From NCBI RefSeq assembly GCF_052425735.1, contig NC_135770.1:11222001-11286000 (forward strand): 64,000 bases of DNA, read 5' to 3'. Source of the stretch: Oculina patagonica (lineage: Eukaryota). Of the stretch, positions 1 through 12,346 are shown in pieces (within the stretch, counting starts at the first letter, position 1; the number at the start of each line of letters is the position of its first letter). Under the pieces are notes generated by a model that saw nothing but the letters and a program-made list of their open reading frames with translations, ran no database searches and was not told the origin of the DNA. Position numbers and translations under genes: made by a program.

Positions 1-1391
1 GGCGGAAATGCGTCACGAGACATTGAGTTGCAATACCGTAATGTGTTTCACAAGTACTTACCATTTGAAGAGAAAACATTGTTTTCCACATTCAATTTCT
101 TCGGATTGCGTTGTTCCTCGTGTGGTATTTCGCTTTTCCCGGAGAGCACTATTCATATTTTGAATCTTACCGCCGGTCGGAAGATCAGTTGTTGTTTTGA
201 ATTCGGATTAGTAACGGTGATCAGCTGTCACGGCATGGATCTACACACGACTTCCGTTTCCGCCACCAGTATGCTTCGGGTGACATCGAGCCGATCACGT
301 GGTATAATGTTTCGTCCCTTGTCTCTTTTTCTTCTCGGCACTTCGTGCCTCGTCGGAAAGCTCGCTGTCCGAAAAAAATCGTCGCCCGAGGGGCGACGAT
401 TTGTTCGCCCCAGGCGACCATTGTCAGAATACGATATCACCAGACCAGACAATCTGCAAACAAGTATCGCATGACGGCGTTGTACCACGTACGGCTCACA
501 CGATCGCTTTGAAAAGCTTTTGAAGGTCGTTTTGCACGGTAGAGATTTTGAATTGCGGACAAACTTGACTCCTCTGTGCCCTGTGCCATATCATGCATCA
601 TGGGTGCACTTTGAGGAAACTACCGTATCTAAACACATAATATAGGACTGATTCCCATGGGGTAAACTTAATTTCACTTGCAGTTTACTCTCTTTAGTTA
701 ATGATTGGTGACCCCCAATTTTTTTGGACAACGACATAACATTCTCTTCTTGACAGATCATGTCTTACAATCTGTCAATCTTGACAGATTGTAAAAAATG
801 AACAAAAAATCAATGTGGGAAGTTTAAAAATTTCCAATTATCCTGTTCATTCAGCATCAAATTCTGCCATCTCGCAACTTACAGTTAATAGGAAATATGG
901 TTACCAGTTGAATCAATTTGATTATTTAACAATTGATCCACATAAACAATGTCTGGCAGAGAAAATTGCATTTCAGGATTTGTTTGCAATATTCTTGGAC
1001 AAACAGACACTGCAGTTTAGTTGCGAAGCCCGATTTTTCAGTTGCAAGGTCTTGCAAGGTGGTCTTTTGGACATCAGTTCTTATCTCCGCAACAAATTCG
1101 GTTACCCCCAATACTTTAAAATTCTGAGATGAGTAACCCATTATCTCACAGTGGTGAAAGCTTTAGAAAAAAATCAATGTTATCAGATTTTCATGCAAAT
1201 GTCCTTATTAAGTGACTAGGAGTATTTCTACTCCCCGCTGGATGGGATGCTAGTCTGTTGCAGGGTGTCTTGTCACAGAAATTAAATGATGCAAAAGGTC
1301 TATTATATCATGTTCTTCCTGACTAACATGAACAGGCCAAAGTTCTCAATTGGTGAATAACTCTTATGAACAAAATAACGATTACAACATA

Positions 1392-2125
1392 CCATTTTTG
1401 ATCGGAGTCATTGGCCAGACCACGGGCTCGTGACCAACAATCATTGCCAGCAAAACTGCACCAAATGAAAATACGTCAACTTTGGGACCATACTTAGCAT
1501 CACCAACAACTTCAAAATTTCTCATAACAGGATAAGTTTCTGGAGCTGCGTATACTGGTGTACCTGGCACATTGGTGGCATACATTTCACATCCTGCGGC
1601 AAATACTTTGGCCACACCCATATCAGCAATCTTGGCACTGCCATTTTCTGTCAACAATATATTCTTTGTTGCTAGGTCACGGTGGACGACAGGCGGCGTC
1701 AAGCTATGCATGTACTGGAGACCTTGAATCACATCCAAGGCTATGCAAATTAGGTTGATGTTTGGAATTTTCGGAGATGACGTTGACTCTTTGATGTATT
1801 TTTCTAAATCACAGTGCAAAAGTTCTGTAATGATTATGGGAGATAGTCCCTTGGGAAACAAAACGGTATGCAGTTTAACCACATTGGGATGGTTGAGCAT
1901 CTGTAGGACATCACATTCTCGCTGAAACTCTTCCATATACTGATCTACCACTTGGTTGAAACCATTTTCAAAGAGGAAGGAATGAAACCTTTTAGCTGCA
2001 ACCTCGTTTCCATTCCAAACAGCTTTGTAGACTTTTCCATACGAGCCTCTTCCGATTTCTTTCTTAAGAACAAGGCCTTTTACATGAGACTCAAGAGAGT
2101 CTTCCTCGGATTCACCATGACTCAT
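1392..2125 (-). CDS. Protein kinase catalytic-domain exon (TKL/Raf-like Ser/Thr kinase); 3' exons not identified
   Basis: GRGSYGKV, VAAK, HRDLATKN, DMG (DFG variant), APE and DVFSFG motifs. The frame runs into a donor site (AAT G|gtatgt) before subdomains X-XI. Confidence 0.88.
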
Positions 2126-5100
2126 TTTACAGTGTAATAAGTGGAGTTACCTTGATAAAATCGTCTGCCAGCCTTCTTCAGTTGTGTGTACGCACGCCAT
2201 CTTGCAAGATATGTTCTTCCGGGAGATGTCCCTCACTGAAGATCGCGCTCTAGCGCTGTTTATTTGCAACGTAAAACTAAGCATTAAGGCACATTAAGGA
2301 AACATTTCTGGATATGAATACAACATTGCATTAGGCAGCTTCTTTCAAGCTGACTTCTTGAAAGATTTGTCGATTCGGGTCCAACAGGGTCAAACAGTGG
2401 GGACGCACAAAAAACTTGACGACGACGAACCTTCGCGGTGCATTCTGGTCGATACTAGTCACGCAACGCTTTTCGCAGCATACTCACCCTCCCCCGCTCA
2501 GTCATCTGGCACGGGTACCGTCGGTGTCATCAGTGCGCTGATCGATATGACGAGTTTTGTAGCGCACACTGCTCGATGTCCCTTTAAGATGAGTAATTTG
2601 GGATTTTGATATCAATTAGCGAGTAAGGACGGCCTGGGGAACGCCAGCGTCATTAATTATTAGCTAAGCTGGCATACCTTGGCGGGGAGGTGGGGACAGG
2701 GGGGGTAGGGAGGGAGGAGGGGAATATGGGAATAACGGGATCATTTTCCGGAACAGCGTCTGGAAATTGAGTCTATACCAGGGCGATCGGGCATGAATTC
2801 TTTTAACAGTCAAATGCCCCTCCTGTTTAACATGGGAATCCTCCGGACTCACGCACATGTTTCTGGCGCGTTTTCTATACAATGATCTTCGAAAAATTTC
2901 TCCTCAATTTTCAATAACAAATTGGGGGATTAGGTTTGGTGGGGGGGGGGGCCTTGAGATAATATAACGTGGAACTCTCCTTATTTGTACCAGAAGAAAT
3001 TATCAACTATTTTCTAATAATTATCATTAATCATTGATTAGTTCACAGGGGCTGGAAAGAACTCACGTGTGGGAGAACGAGTATGAAAGAAACAGGGCAA
3101 AATAATTTGTTCCATGTTGTCTTGCAAGTCTAACTTAACATGACAAATCTATCACTTTCTATTTATACAAACACTAGGTAAATAGAGAAGAAAAGAAGAA
3201 ATTAACAGAGTAGAGCGGTGACGAGGAAGCCTAAAGAGAACTCTCTGGGGTGGGGGAGGGGGGGGGGGAACTCTTATAGGAAAGGAACGGGGTTGCTCGT
3301 CGGGAAAATTTAAATTAAACCCCAATCTGAAGACCAATCTGGGCGTGTCTCAATGTTTTCTACCCTATAAAAAGAGATAATTTTTCATATCTGACCGGTC
3401 TAGACCGCCAACACAGTATGACGATGTTTTCCCTGCTTTTTTCATTTGTAAACCCTAAACGAGACCTTGACAGATAAAAATATTAGCATTCGGTCCTCAA
3501 CACCCTAAGTGAGTCCAAAATCCTTAAGGCTGAGGTAAATGTGAAGTTGAGTGAGATTTTAAGAGGTGTAGTTTAAAGAAGGGTTAGAAAAAAAAAATAA
3601 TTTTGGAACGCCACCACACAGTTGACCGCCATGCAAGAGCACTCTAGGTTGTCAGGGGACTGTTTGGCGTCCATCTACTAATTTTTCAACTTTAAATTCT
3701 AATTTTCAAACTACATCAAATCTTCATTTATTCTTATTTCCCCAATTTTTTAACTCCTGAGAGAAACCCCCCCCCCCCCCCCAACCCAAAAATTCCCCCA
3801 AAAATCACCCAAAAATTTACAAAACAGAGATTTATCGACATTAAGTCAACGCTATCACTGCTTCTTCATCCACTTCAACAACAACATCATCATCATCATC
3901 CGTCCTTGTATTGTCACGCCCTATGATTGTGCACTCCTTGAATCACGCCAAACGGCATTTTTGTTGAAGCGAAGTGACTTGTATGCCATGCACATACTTC
4001 ATTGGTTTCTAGTGGTTAAAACCAGGAAGGGAAGGGCGAGAAAGGAAAAAGCGCCCTGGGAACGGGCCCGGTTGCTAGGCCATTTCGTATGAGGGCTTGG
4101 CGGTGCTACGTGACTCTGCTGACAGAGAGCCCCGCCCAATCCTGCACCGCCCCCCAGGACCGCCCATGGCTTAATCACCACTCCACCGGACACGACTCAG
4201 CAATGGAAATCGAGCCTAGGCCCGCCCAAGCGATCACTTTCAACACGTTAAGTGACTGTGCAACTTTCTGTCCAAATATAAATTGTCACTCATGACCGAT
4301 GGTTATGAGTTCTACTTATCGCCCACTCACTTCCAACTTGAATCAATTTAACACTTTCCGCTCCCGTGAGAAAAAAGAGATCATCGTTCTTTTAGTTACA
4401 GTTGCTTTAACTAAACGGATTGCGTCTCGGCTATTAGAGCTTAGTCCTAAGTAAAAGCTACTTCAAATTTAATTAAGAGGGTCAAAGTCAATTTTATACT
4501 AGGAAACATTCGAGTTAAGGCAAATTAAACTAGATGCTTGCTGCGTATTTTATTGGAGTTTAAATACAGACAAACTTTTTAGTCACAAAATCATTTTACC
4601 GAGTATCACTGTTGCAGCCTCAATGGTACCGTAAGGTCACTTACTCGAAAAGATTTTTAACGCAACATCGTTGCGTTAAAAGTCAATGTCGTGCCGACTT
4701 GCATGGAGCGCGGGCGGGACGATTTTTAACCCAACGTTTTATTGCGGCAATACTAATGTTGAGGAGTTTTGAACTATTTGAAAAAATCTGCGACATTGTT
4801 TTACTAAATTTATTAAACACTTGATTAAAAGTTGCGTTAAAAATCGTCTCGTGTAACATTCCATTGTCAAGTGTAGCATGGATTAAAAATCGCCGTTACT
4901 TAAAAACCGTCATTAAAAAACGTCTCGTGTAACATTGCCTTTAGACTTGAGAAAACTGATGGCCCATGTACACAGAACTCAAAGGCCCGCCTCTAGAGGT
5001 TTTTTGCCACTACTACAGGCCGCCTAGCCCCCTATTATTTTGGCTCGTCACGCAATCTTCGATTGGGGAGAAAAGATTGCGTGACTAGCCAAAAGAACGT

Positions 5101-5577
5101 CTGCTTTTTAGGAGGCTACAGGCCGCCTGGAAATTTATAGGTTGTCTGAGTGATCACTAGGGTCAATAAGTCTGTCGCTATGTCATAGTAATATTTCTGT
5201 TAATGTTTCGGCTATTTTCAGTTGACTGACTGCGACATATGTAAGGAAAATGCAGCAACATAAATGTTTATTTTTCTGAAATAGACAATAAATTAATGCG
5301 CGCTTAAAAGGTTTTAAGGCACCCTTCCGGTTATTATTTAGACACACGAAGTCAAGTTATGTATGTTATGAACGCTTTTCAAAGAGAAACTTTGAGTGAA
5401 AGCTTCCTTTGGCAAATTTAATGCAGACCTTTTTGCGCGAAATCGGTGTCGTTTTTTTTTTCCAACTGATTATCATGATTATTTTTCTTAAAATTTCCAG
5501 TTTTCAACATAACGTTTATAAAAGGTTGTCACTCAGCGCCATTAGTTTATTTGATAAAAATTTTGATTACGCAATTA

Positions 5578-5751
5578 CAGTTGAACCCCGTTATTTCGAA
5601 CCGTCAGGGGAAACAAAAAATAGTTCGAAATAGCGGGAGTTCGAAATAGCCGATAGTAAATGACTGAAGGGCAAATCCAAGGGAAACGGGTTTTAGTTCG
5701 AATTAACGGGGAATTCGAAATAACCGAGTTCGAATTAGCGAGGTTCAACTG
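5578..5751. mobile_element. Tc1/mariner (pogo/Tigger-type) MITE
   Basis: TIRs CAGTTGAACC...GGTTCAACTG flanked by TA on both sides, with internal TTCGAA repeats. Confidence 0.8.
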
Positions 5752-8700
5752 TATTTCAACAAAACTGTAAAGAAATATTGTCGAAATTTGACTACAATGC
5801 TTATTGTGGGGCTATAACAATAATAATAACATAATAATATAAAATATTCAATGAGGAGGCCTCTAATCACTAAAAGTAGTTTTCAGGAGGGTCTTCTAAA
5901 CATAAAAATTAACCAAAAAGCTAAAAGATATAAACGAAATCGGCAATCTAAAATGTTAAAAATGAAGAAATTGTTAAAAATTGATTAATTGTTATAATTC
6001 TCTCTTAAGTGACCTTAAGTATTTTTAAAAAGACTTCATCCCATTATATTAAGCGCGTGCTAAATGAAATCCTTCCGGACTTTTCGTTTTCATAGCGGCC
6101 CGCTGACTCCAGAAGGTAACTCAGTATGTTTTGAAATTGCCGTGCGAGGGCACAGAAAGGGAGTTGCCATATGTCAATATCTTTTTTTAGCGTTTATGCT
6201 TTCCATGTGCAATTTCTCAACGGCCTTAAGGACAATGAACAAATGCGGGTAGCCAGACCGCCGTGAAAAAGACAGCGAACAGTCTCTTTCTTTTTTGTTG
6301 GCGAAAAATGTTTTTTCTCCTCCTCCACATAGCCTGCGTTGCAGCCGGCGGTTTAGACTGTCTACAACTCAGGCTACCTCCACATTCCCTTCTCGTTTTG
6401 TCTCCTTATTTGTATGTTTACTTTTTTACTTGCTCGGAGGGAGATTAAAGACCGACTGCTTGCACTCTTGGCTTGAAAGGAGGAGGAGGTATTTGCTTTT
6501 GTTGAAAGGTAAAATTAAACAGATCCCCATTTCCAGATTTTTCGAGAGACATCCCCCCTCCCACACACGCACACACCAAACAACAACCACGCATCTCCAA
6601 GTTCAAGTTTACCATAAACCACATTTGTTTCTATCCTACCTCCTTCAGCATGCAGTCGGGTACCACTAGACTTGCTACAAGTCGACTCTTACGAGCGACG
6701 AAGTCGTGATAAACGAGCAGCAAAGTCGGGACATGGGAAGTCTGGGGTACCACGTGCTTTTGTCGTCTGTCGGCGCACGTGTAATGTAATATATCGATCA
6801 TCCTCGATTGGGTTTCTGATTATTATACCTGTTGATTAATTAGCTGTCTAAAGTAATCTTTCTCTATTGGTGGCAATGGAATAAAGAAAAATAATTCAAT
6901 TCAACAGTGATAAATAGCTTCACTTGGCTTGTTGTCGTGTTTGTTCCGGATTTTCTCTTTTCTTAATTTGAGCCGTTAATTAAAAATAGATGCGATTAAA
7001 CAGGTGGACAGAAAAACTACAATGAAGGTCAAAAGGCGTATTTTTCGGAACTAAGTCAGATCAGACCTGGACTCTTAATAACGCTTTCGTTTGTTTGTGT
7101 GAGATGACCTCTATCGCGCGCGACTGCCTCGCGTGCCATTTTTGCGTGCGTGTCAGGGTGTGTCGCGTGCCTGTGATGCCATTTCGTGCCGATGGAAAAA
7201 TAAGTTGGATCGATTAAGATTTCCCGGTTCATTCGGGAGATTATAGATTATCTGATTGATATTAATAAAACAAGCATGTCTGTCACTCACGGAAAGTTCC
7301 CCTTCTTCGCAGGGTTCCACAGATAACTAAAATTTTAAGCCGTTATTTTTCCTTGGAAGGGTAAAAAAGGAAATAAAATTAATTTGTCACCGATCGCGGT
7401 CTTTAAGGAGATACGAACGCTGGGACTGGATGGCGACTGTCGCGACCCTGTCATGGCTCCTGTACTTCCCCCAGCCATGCCCTTAGTATTTCATAAATAC
7501 TTGTACACGCACTATCAACCGGAAGGCATTTGCGCGATTTTCTGTTTTTTCACTCAAAAGAATTAATCAGAGGACTTAATACTTTTTAGAGCAAGTCGAC
7601 TAAGCGGTTTGCAGTCGTAATAAATTTTTCGCAGGGTAACAATTTTGATTTTCAAGGTTTTGATCTTTAAAGTTAGAAAAACTCCAAATATGAACGCGGC
7701 GTACTGGCATACTAGCCAATCCTCCAGTACAAACGACTAGTCCCCTTCACATATGCTCAGAAATAGTCTTGTGAAGCAGATTATCTGTCATCTGTTGGGA
7801 CAGCCGGAAGAAAAACAATAGTCATTTATCCCCTGATGAAATGATTTAAAAGGCTATATACAATTAAGATCAGGAAAATAAAACTTACTTAACGAGTGAG
7901 GTTAGGAGGGCAGGAGCCCTGCCAACACCAAACGGACGTTGATACGTTTCCGCAATGGATTGTCTTCTGAATAAAGAGGAGAAAACTAGGCAGATGTCTA
8001 ACTCGACGCGTGCAAAAGAACAGGAGTTTTATTTTAAGCGGATAGACATTCACAATGAATCCAAACCGAACATCGCGTACGGGACGCAATCACAATAAAA
8101 CGTAAATGATAGTCAACGTTGCCCTTTGTCCTAAACAGGGTCTTAAAATAGGGAGTGTTGTCCTTCGCAGGGTAGCTTATAGGTATTTGAAGTTTTTATT
8201 GTCCTAAACAGGGTCAGGGTTTCAAACCCCCAGCGGCACCCCTATACCTAAACATGGGTCAAGTACCCCCCCCCCCCCAGTGATTTTCAACAAGTTGTAC
8301 AAGATGCGTGAAGAGGCAGTGATGTTACAAGGGGAAAAAGCGCTCGCGAGGAAACTTTTGCTCATTTCTTATCCAAATGGCAGTATGGTATTTTATCCAA
8401 GTTAGAAGACCGCAGAGAGCCCATACAGGCTGTTTATTTTTTAGTCTCACCTGTAAGCTAAATTCTTGCGAGCATTCATGTTTATTTTGATAGGAATCAT
8501 TATCTCTAGATTACTGAATCGATCTGAGTGTCACGAACGAACGCGAAGGACACGCATATTTGAACACGAAATAAAGTTGAATGTTCTTCACCGGGGTTGG
8601 TTGAAAAGAAGGAGTAGGAGAAAGTTATTAGAGTCAGGATATCTCCGGATGAAAGAAAACAACAATATCAGGACCTTATTTCACATGTGAAAACGACTGA

Positions 8701-9526
8701 GGCTCTCTTTCCAGATTTCCGCTCATTTCACTTTCACCTTCTTCCAACCTTTATTTCTTGCTACATAAATGATAGTTCTTTTAAGGAAAGAAGCGCTGGT
8801 TGAGTCAAAACTGGTGGCCCTGCAGGAGCAGGCCATATGAGAATCAGGAACCAGGTTGGTAAATGCAGGAGGTAAAATGCAGCAAAATTTGGATCTTGTT
8901 ACCAAGTGCTGTAAGTGAGATAAGGTAATAAGCTCGATTCGGACACCTAAAGTAGGCTTTTGATCCTTGGGAGACAAATCTAGAAGGACCTAAGACGGAG
9001 TGAAATTTCAATTCATCTTACTTTGAAACAAAAAAGAGAACCACGCAATGATGAATAAAACTTTTTGTGTTTTAATTTGCTTTTCGTGTTTTGTTTATTT
9101 GATTTAGCTTGCTAGAATAGTGAAGTATATCTGCGAACAATGTGTGCCTCCTTATCAGTAATTGTTGTAGTCAAGCTTAGTTTTTGTGTGGTCTGAATAT
9201 TTTATTTCATAAATAATGACGGAACGCTTATTACCCTTAAATTTCAAGTTGACGACAAAAAAATGCTTTGGAAGAGTATATTCGAACTTTCCAGCGTACT
9301 ACTTAAATTAATCTACAGCTAGATTTTACTTAACTATTCCCTTGAAGTCCCAAGGGTGTCAGTTCAGGATGATATTCCTCTTTGGTTATATGTCATGTTG
9401 TCTCATAAATTCTTAAAGCTTACCAGTTTAAGAAGACGTTTATGACAATCAGTATAAGGTTTTATATCGTGTAATTTAAGGTAATTCAGGAGCAAAGTCA
9501 AACTTATTCTACTTGGTTTACGTGCG

Positions 9527-11575
9527 TTTTCCCGCGCTTGATGCCGGTTCACATAGTTTCCCGCGCTTGGCACCGCTTGCATGTTTTCCTGTGCTTGGTA
9601 GCAGTTGCATGTTTTCCCGCGCTTGGCACCGCTTGCATGTTTTCCCGCGCTTGGCACCGGTTGCATGCTTTCCCGCGCCTTGTATCGGTTGCATACTGTC
9701 CCGCGCTTGGTACCGGTTTCATGTTTTCCCGCGCTTGGTACTGGTTGCATGTTTTCCCGCGCTTGTTGCCAGTTGCATGTTTTCCCGCTCTTGGTACCGG
9801 TTGCATGTTTTCCAGCGCTTGGTACCGGTTGCATGTTTTCCAGCACTTGGTACAGTTGCACGTTTTTGCGCGCTTAGTACCGGTTGCATGTTTTCCCGCT
9901 CTTGGAACCGGTTGCATGTTTTCCCGCGCTTGGTACCGGTTGCATGTTTTCCCGCGCTTGGTACCGGTTGCATGTTTTCCAGCGCTTGGTACCAGTTGTA
10001 TGTTTTCCTGCGCTTGGTACCGGTTGCATGTTTTCCCGCTCTTGGAACCGGTTGCATGTTTTCCCGCGCTTGGTACCGGTTGCATGTTTTCCAGCACTTG
10101 GTACAGTTGCACGTTTTTGCGCGCTTAGTACCGGTTGCATGTTTTCCCGCTCTTGGAACCGGTTGCATGTTTTCCCGCGCTTGGTACCGGTTGCATGTTT
10201 TCCCGCGCTTGGTACCGGTTGCATGTTTTCCAGCGCTTGGTACCAGTTGTATGTTTTCCTGCGCTTAGTACCGGTTGCATGTTTTCCCGCTCTTGGTACC
10301 GGTTGCATGTTTTCCAGCGCTTGGTACCGGTTGCATGTTTTCCAGCACTTGGTACAGTTGCACGTTTTTGCGCGCTTAGTACCGGTTGCATGTTTTCCCG
10401 CTCTTGGAACCGGTTGCATGTTTTCCCGCGCTTGGTACCGGTTGCATGTTTTCCCGCGCTTGGTACCGGTTGCATGTTTTCCAGCGCTTGGTACCAGTTG
10501 TATGTTTTCCTGCGCTTGGTACCGGTTGCATGTTTTCCCGCTCTTGGAACCGGTTGCATGTTTTCCCGCGCTTGGTACCGGTTGCATGTTTTCCCGCGCT
10601 TGGCACCGGTTGCATGTTTTCCCGCGCTTGGTACCGGTTGCATGTTTTCCAGCGCTTGGTACCGGTTGCATGTTTTCCAGCGCTTGGTACCGGTTGCATG
10701 TTTTCCAGCGCTTGGTACCGGTTGTATGTTTTCCCGCGCTTGGTACCAGTTGCATGTTTTCCCGCGCTTGGAACCGGTTGCATGTTTTCCCGCGCTTTGT
10801 ACTGGTTGCATGTTTTCCCGCGCTTGGAACCGGTTGCATGTTTTTGCGCGCTTAGTACCGGTTGCATGTTTTCCCGCTCTTGGAACCGGTTGCATGTTTT
10901 CCAGCGCTTGGTACCGGTTGCATGTTTTCCAGCACTTGGTACAGTTGCACGTTTTTGCGCGCTTAGTACCGGTTGCATGTTTTCCCGCTCTTGGAACCGG
11001 TTGCATGTTTTCCCGCTCTTGGAACCGGTTGCATGTTTTCCCGCTCTTGGAACCGGGTGCATGTTTTCCCGCGCTTGGCACCGGGTGCATGTTTTTTCTC
11101 GCACTTGGTACAGTTGCACGTTTTTGCGCGCTTAGTACCGGTTGCATGTTTTCCCGCTCTTGGAACCGGTTGCATGTTTTCCGCGCTTGGTACCGGTTGC
11201 ATGTTTTCCCGCGCTTGGTACCGGTTGCATGTTTTCCCGCGCTTGGCACCGGTTGCATGTTTTCCGCACTTGGTACAGTTGCACGTTGTTGCGCGCTTAG
11301 TACCGGTTGCATGCCGTTTCCAGCGCTTGGCACCAGTTGTATGTTTTCCCGCGTTTGGTACCGGTTGCATGTTTTCCCGCGCTTTGTACTGGTTGCATGT
11401 TTTCCCGCGCTTGGAACCGGTTGCATGTTTTCCCGCGCTTGGAACCAGTTGCATGTTTTCCCGCGCTTTGTACTGGTTGCATGTTTTCCCGCGCTTGGAA
11501 CCGGTTGCATGTTTTCCCGCGCTTGGTATCGGGTGCATGTTTACCCTCACTTGGTACCGATTGCATGTTTTCCCA
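9527..11575. repeat. 28-bp minisatellite (~73 units) with a 251-bp higher-order repeat
   Basis: Consensus TTTTCCCGCGCTTGGTACCGGTTGCATG. The variant block TACAGTTGCACGTTTTTGCGCGCTTAG recurs at 9851, 10102 and 10353. Confidence 0.97.
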
Positions 11576-12346
11576 AGTATTTTACAATGTTTTGCGCTGG
11601 TTTTATATAACTAACCGCTCTATTACAGAATCTCGTAAAAGTGTTGGGCTCGTTCTCTCGAATTCAAAAAATAAATAATTTATTATAAGAATACTCTTTG
11701 GAAATCAATAAATACAATCTTTTCAATCTTTCATAAATAATAAATAAATAAATAATTTAGTGACCTTTGGCCATTGGAGATAATTTTAAAACAGGTATAT
11801 AAATTATGTCAACTATTACAAGAAATCCTGAATAAATATAACTACAACTATGAATAACGGTTTTTTACAAACGAACATATTTCCTTAGTAAAGGTTACAA
11901 CTAGTTTAAACAATTAAAAACATATTCTTTATCTTTTATCTCTTTGAAAAAACATCTTGTAGTTTTTCTTTCGATCAAAGAAACTTATTTTTTCGAATAT
12001 CGAAAACGTTGTACAATTAAATATACTAAAATAAATTATTTTCTTGTAATTTCAATAAGATACCTAAGCGGTAATCTATATTATACCTAAATGTCTTTGG
12101 TTCTTTGTTATTCGTCTCCTGACGCTGTATGTTCCATAAAACTCAGAGTGTGGCAAAAATATCATCGTTCCACATGAAACCGTTGGAACAATACAACATC
12201 ACTCTGATCATAGCAATCTGATATTGAAAATATAAAGTCTAGCGAATATAATGTCTTTTTTGTAAACAATAAATATATGTTCTTGAATAAATAATTTAAA
12301 TAATTTCTTGAATTCCATATTAAAAAAAACCTAGAGACCACTAGCA

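Noticed and set aside
28-1141. Short overlapping ORFs as downstream kinase exons
   Set aside because: No subdomain X/XI-like sequence was recognisable.
6064-9000. Short ORFs and scattered splice-like signals
   Set aside because: No consistent exon chain or protein motif could be assembled. A non-coding transcript is not excluded.
9403-11678. Long Cys-rich ORFs in all six frames, or a CRISPR-like array
   Set aside because: By-product of a stop-free 28-bp tandem unit. There are no unique spacers and no cas genes, and the context is eukaryotic.
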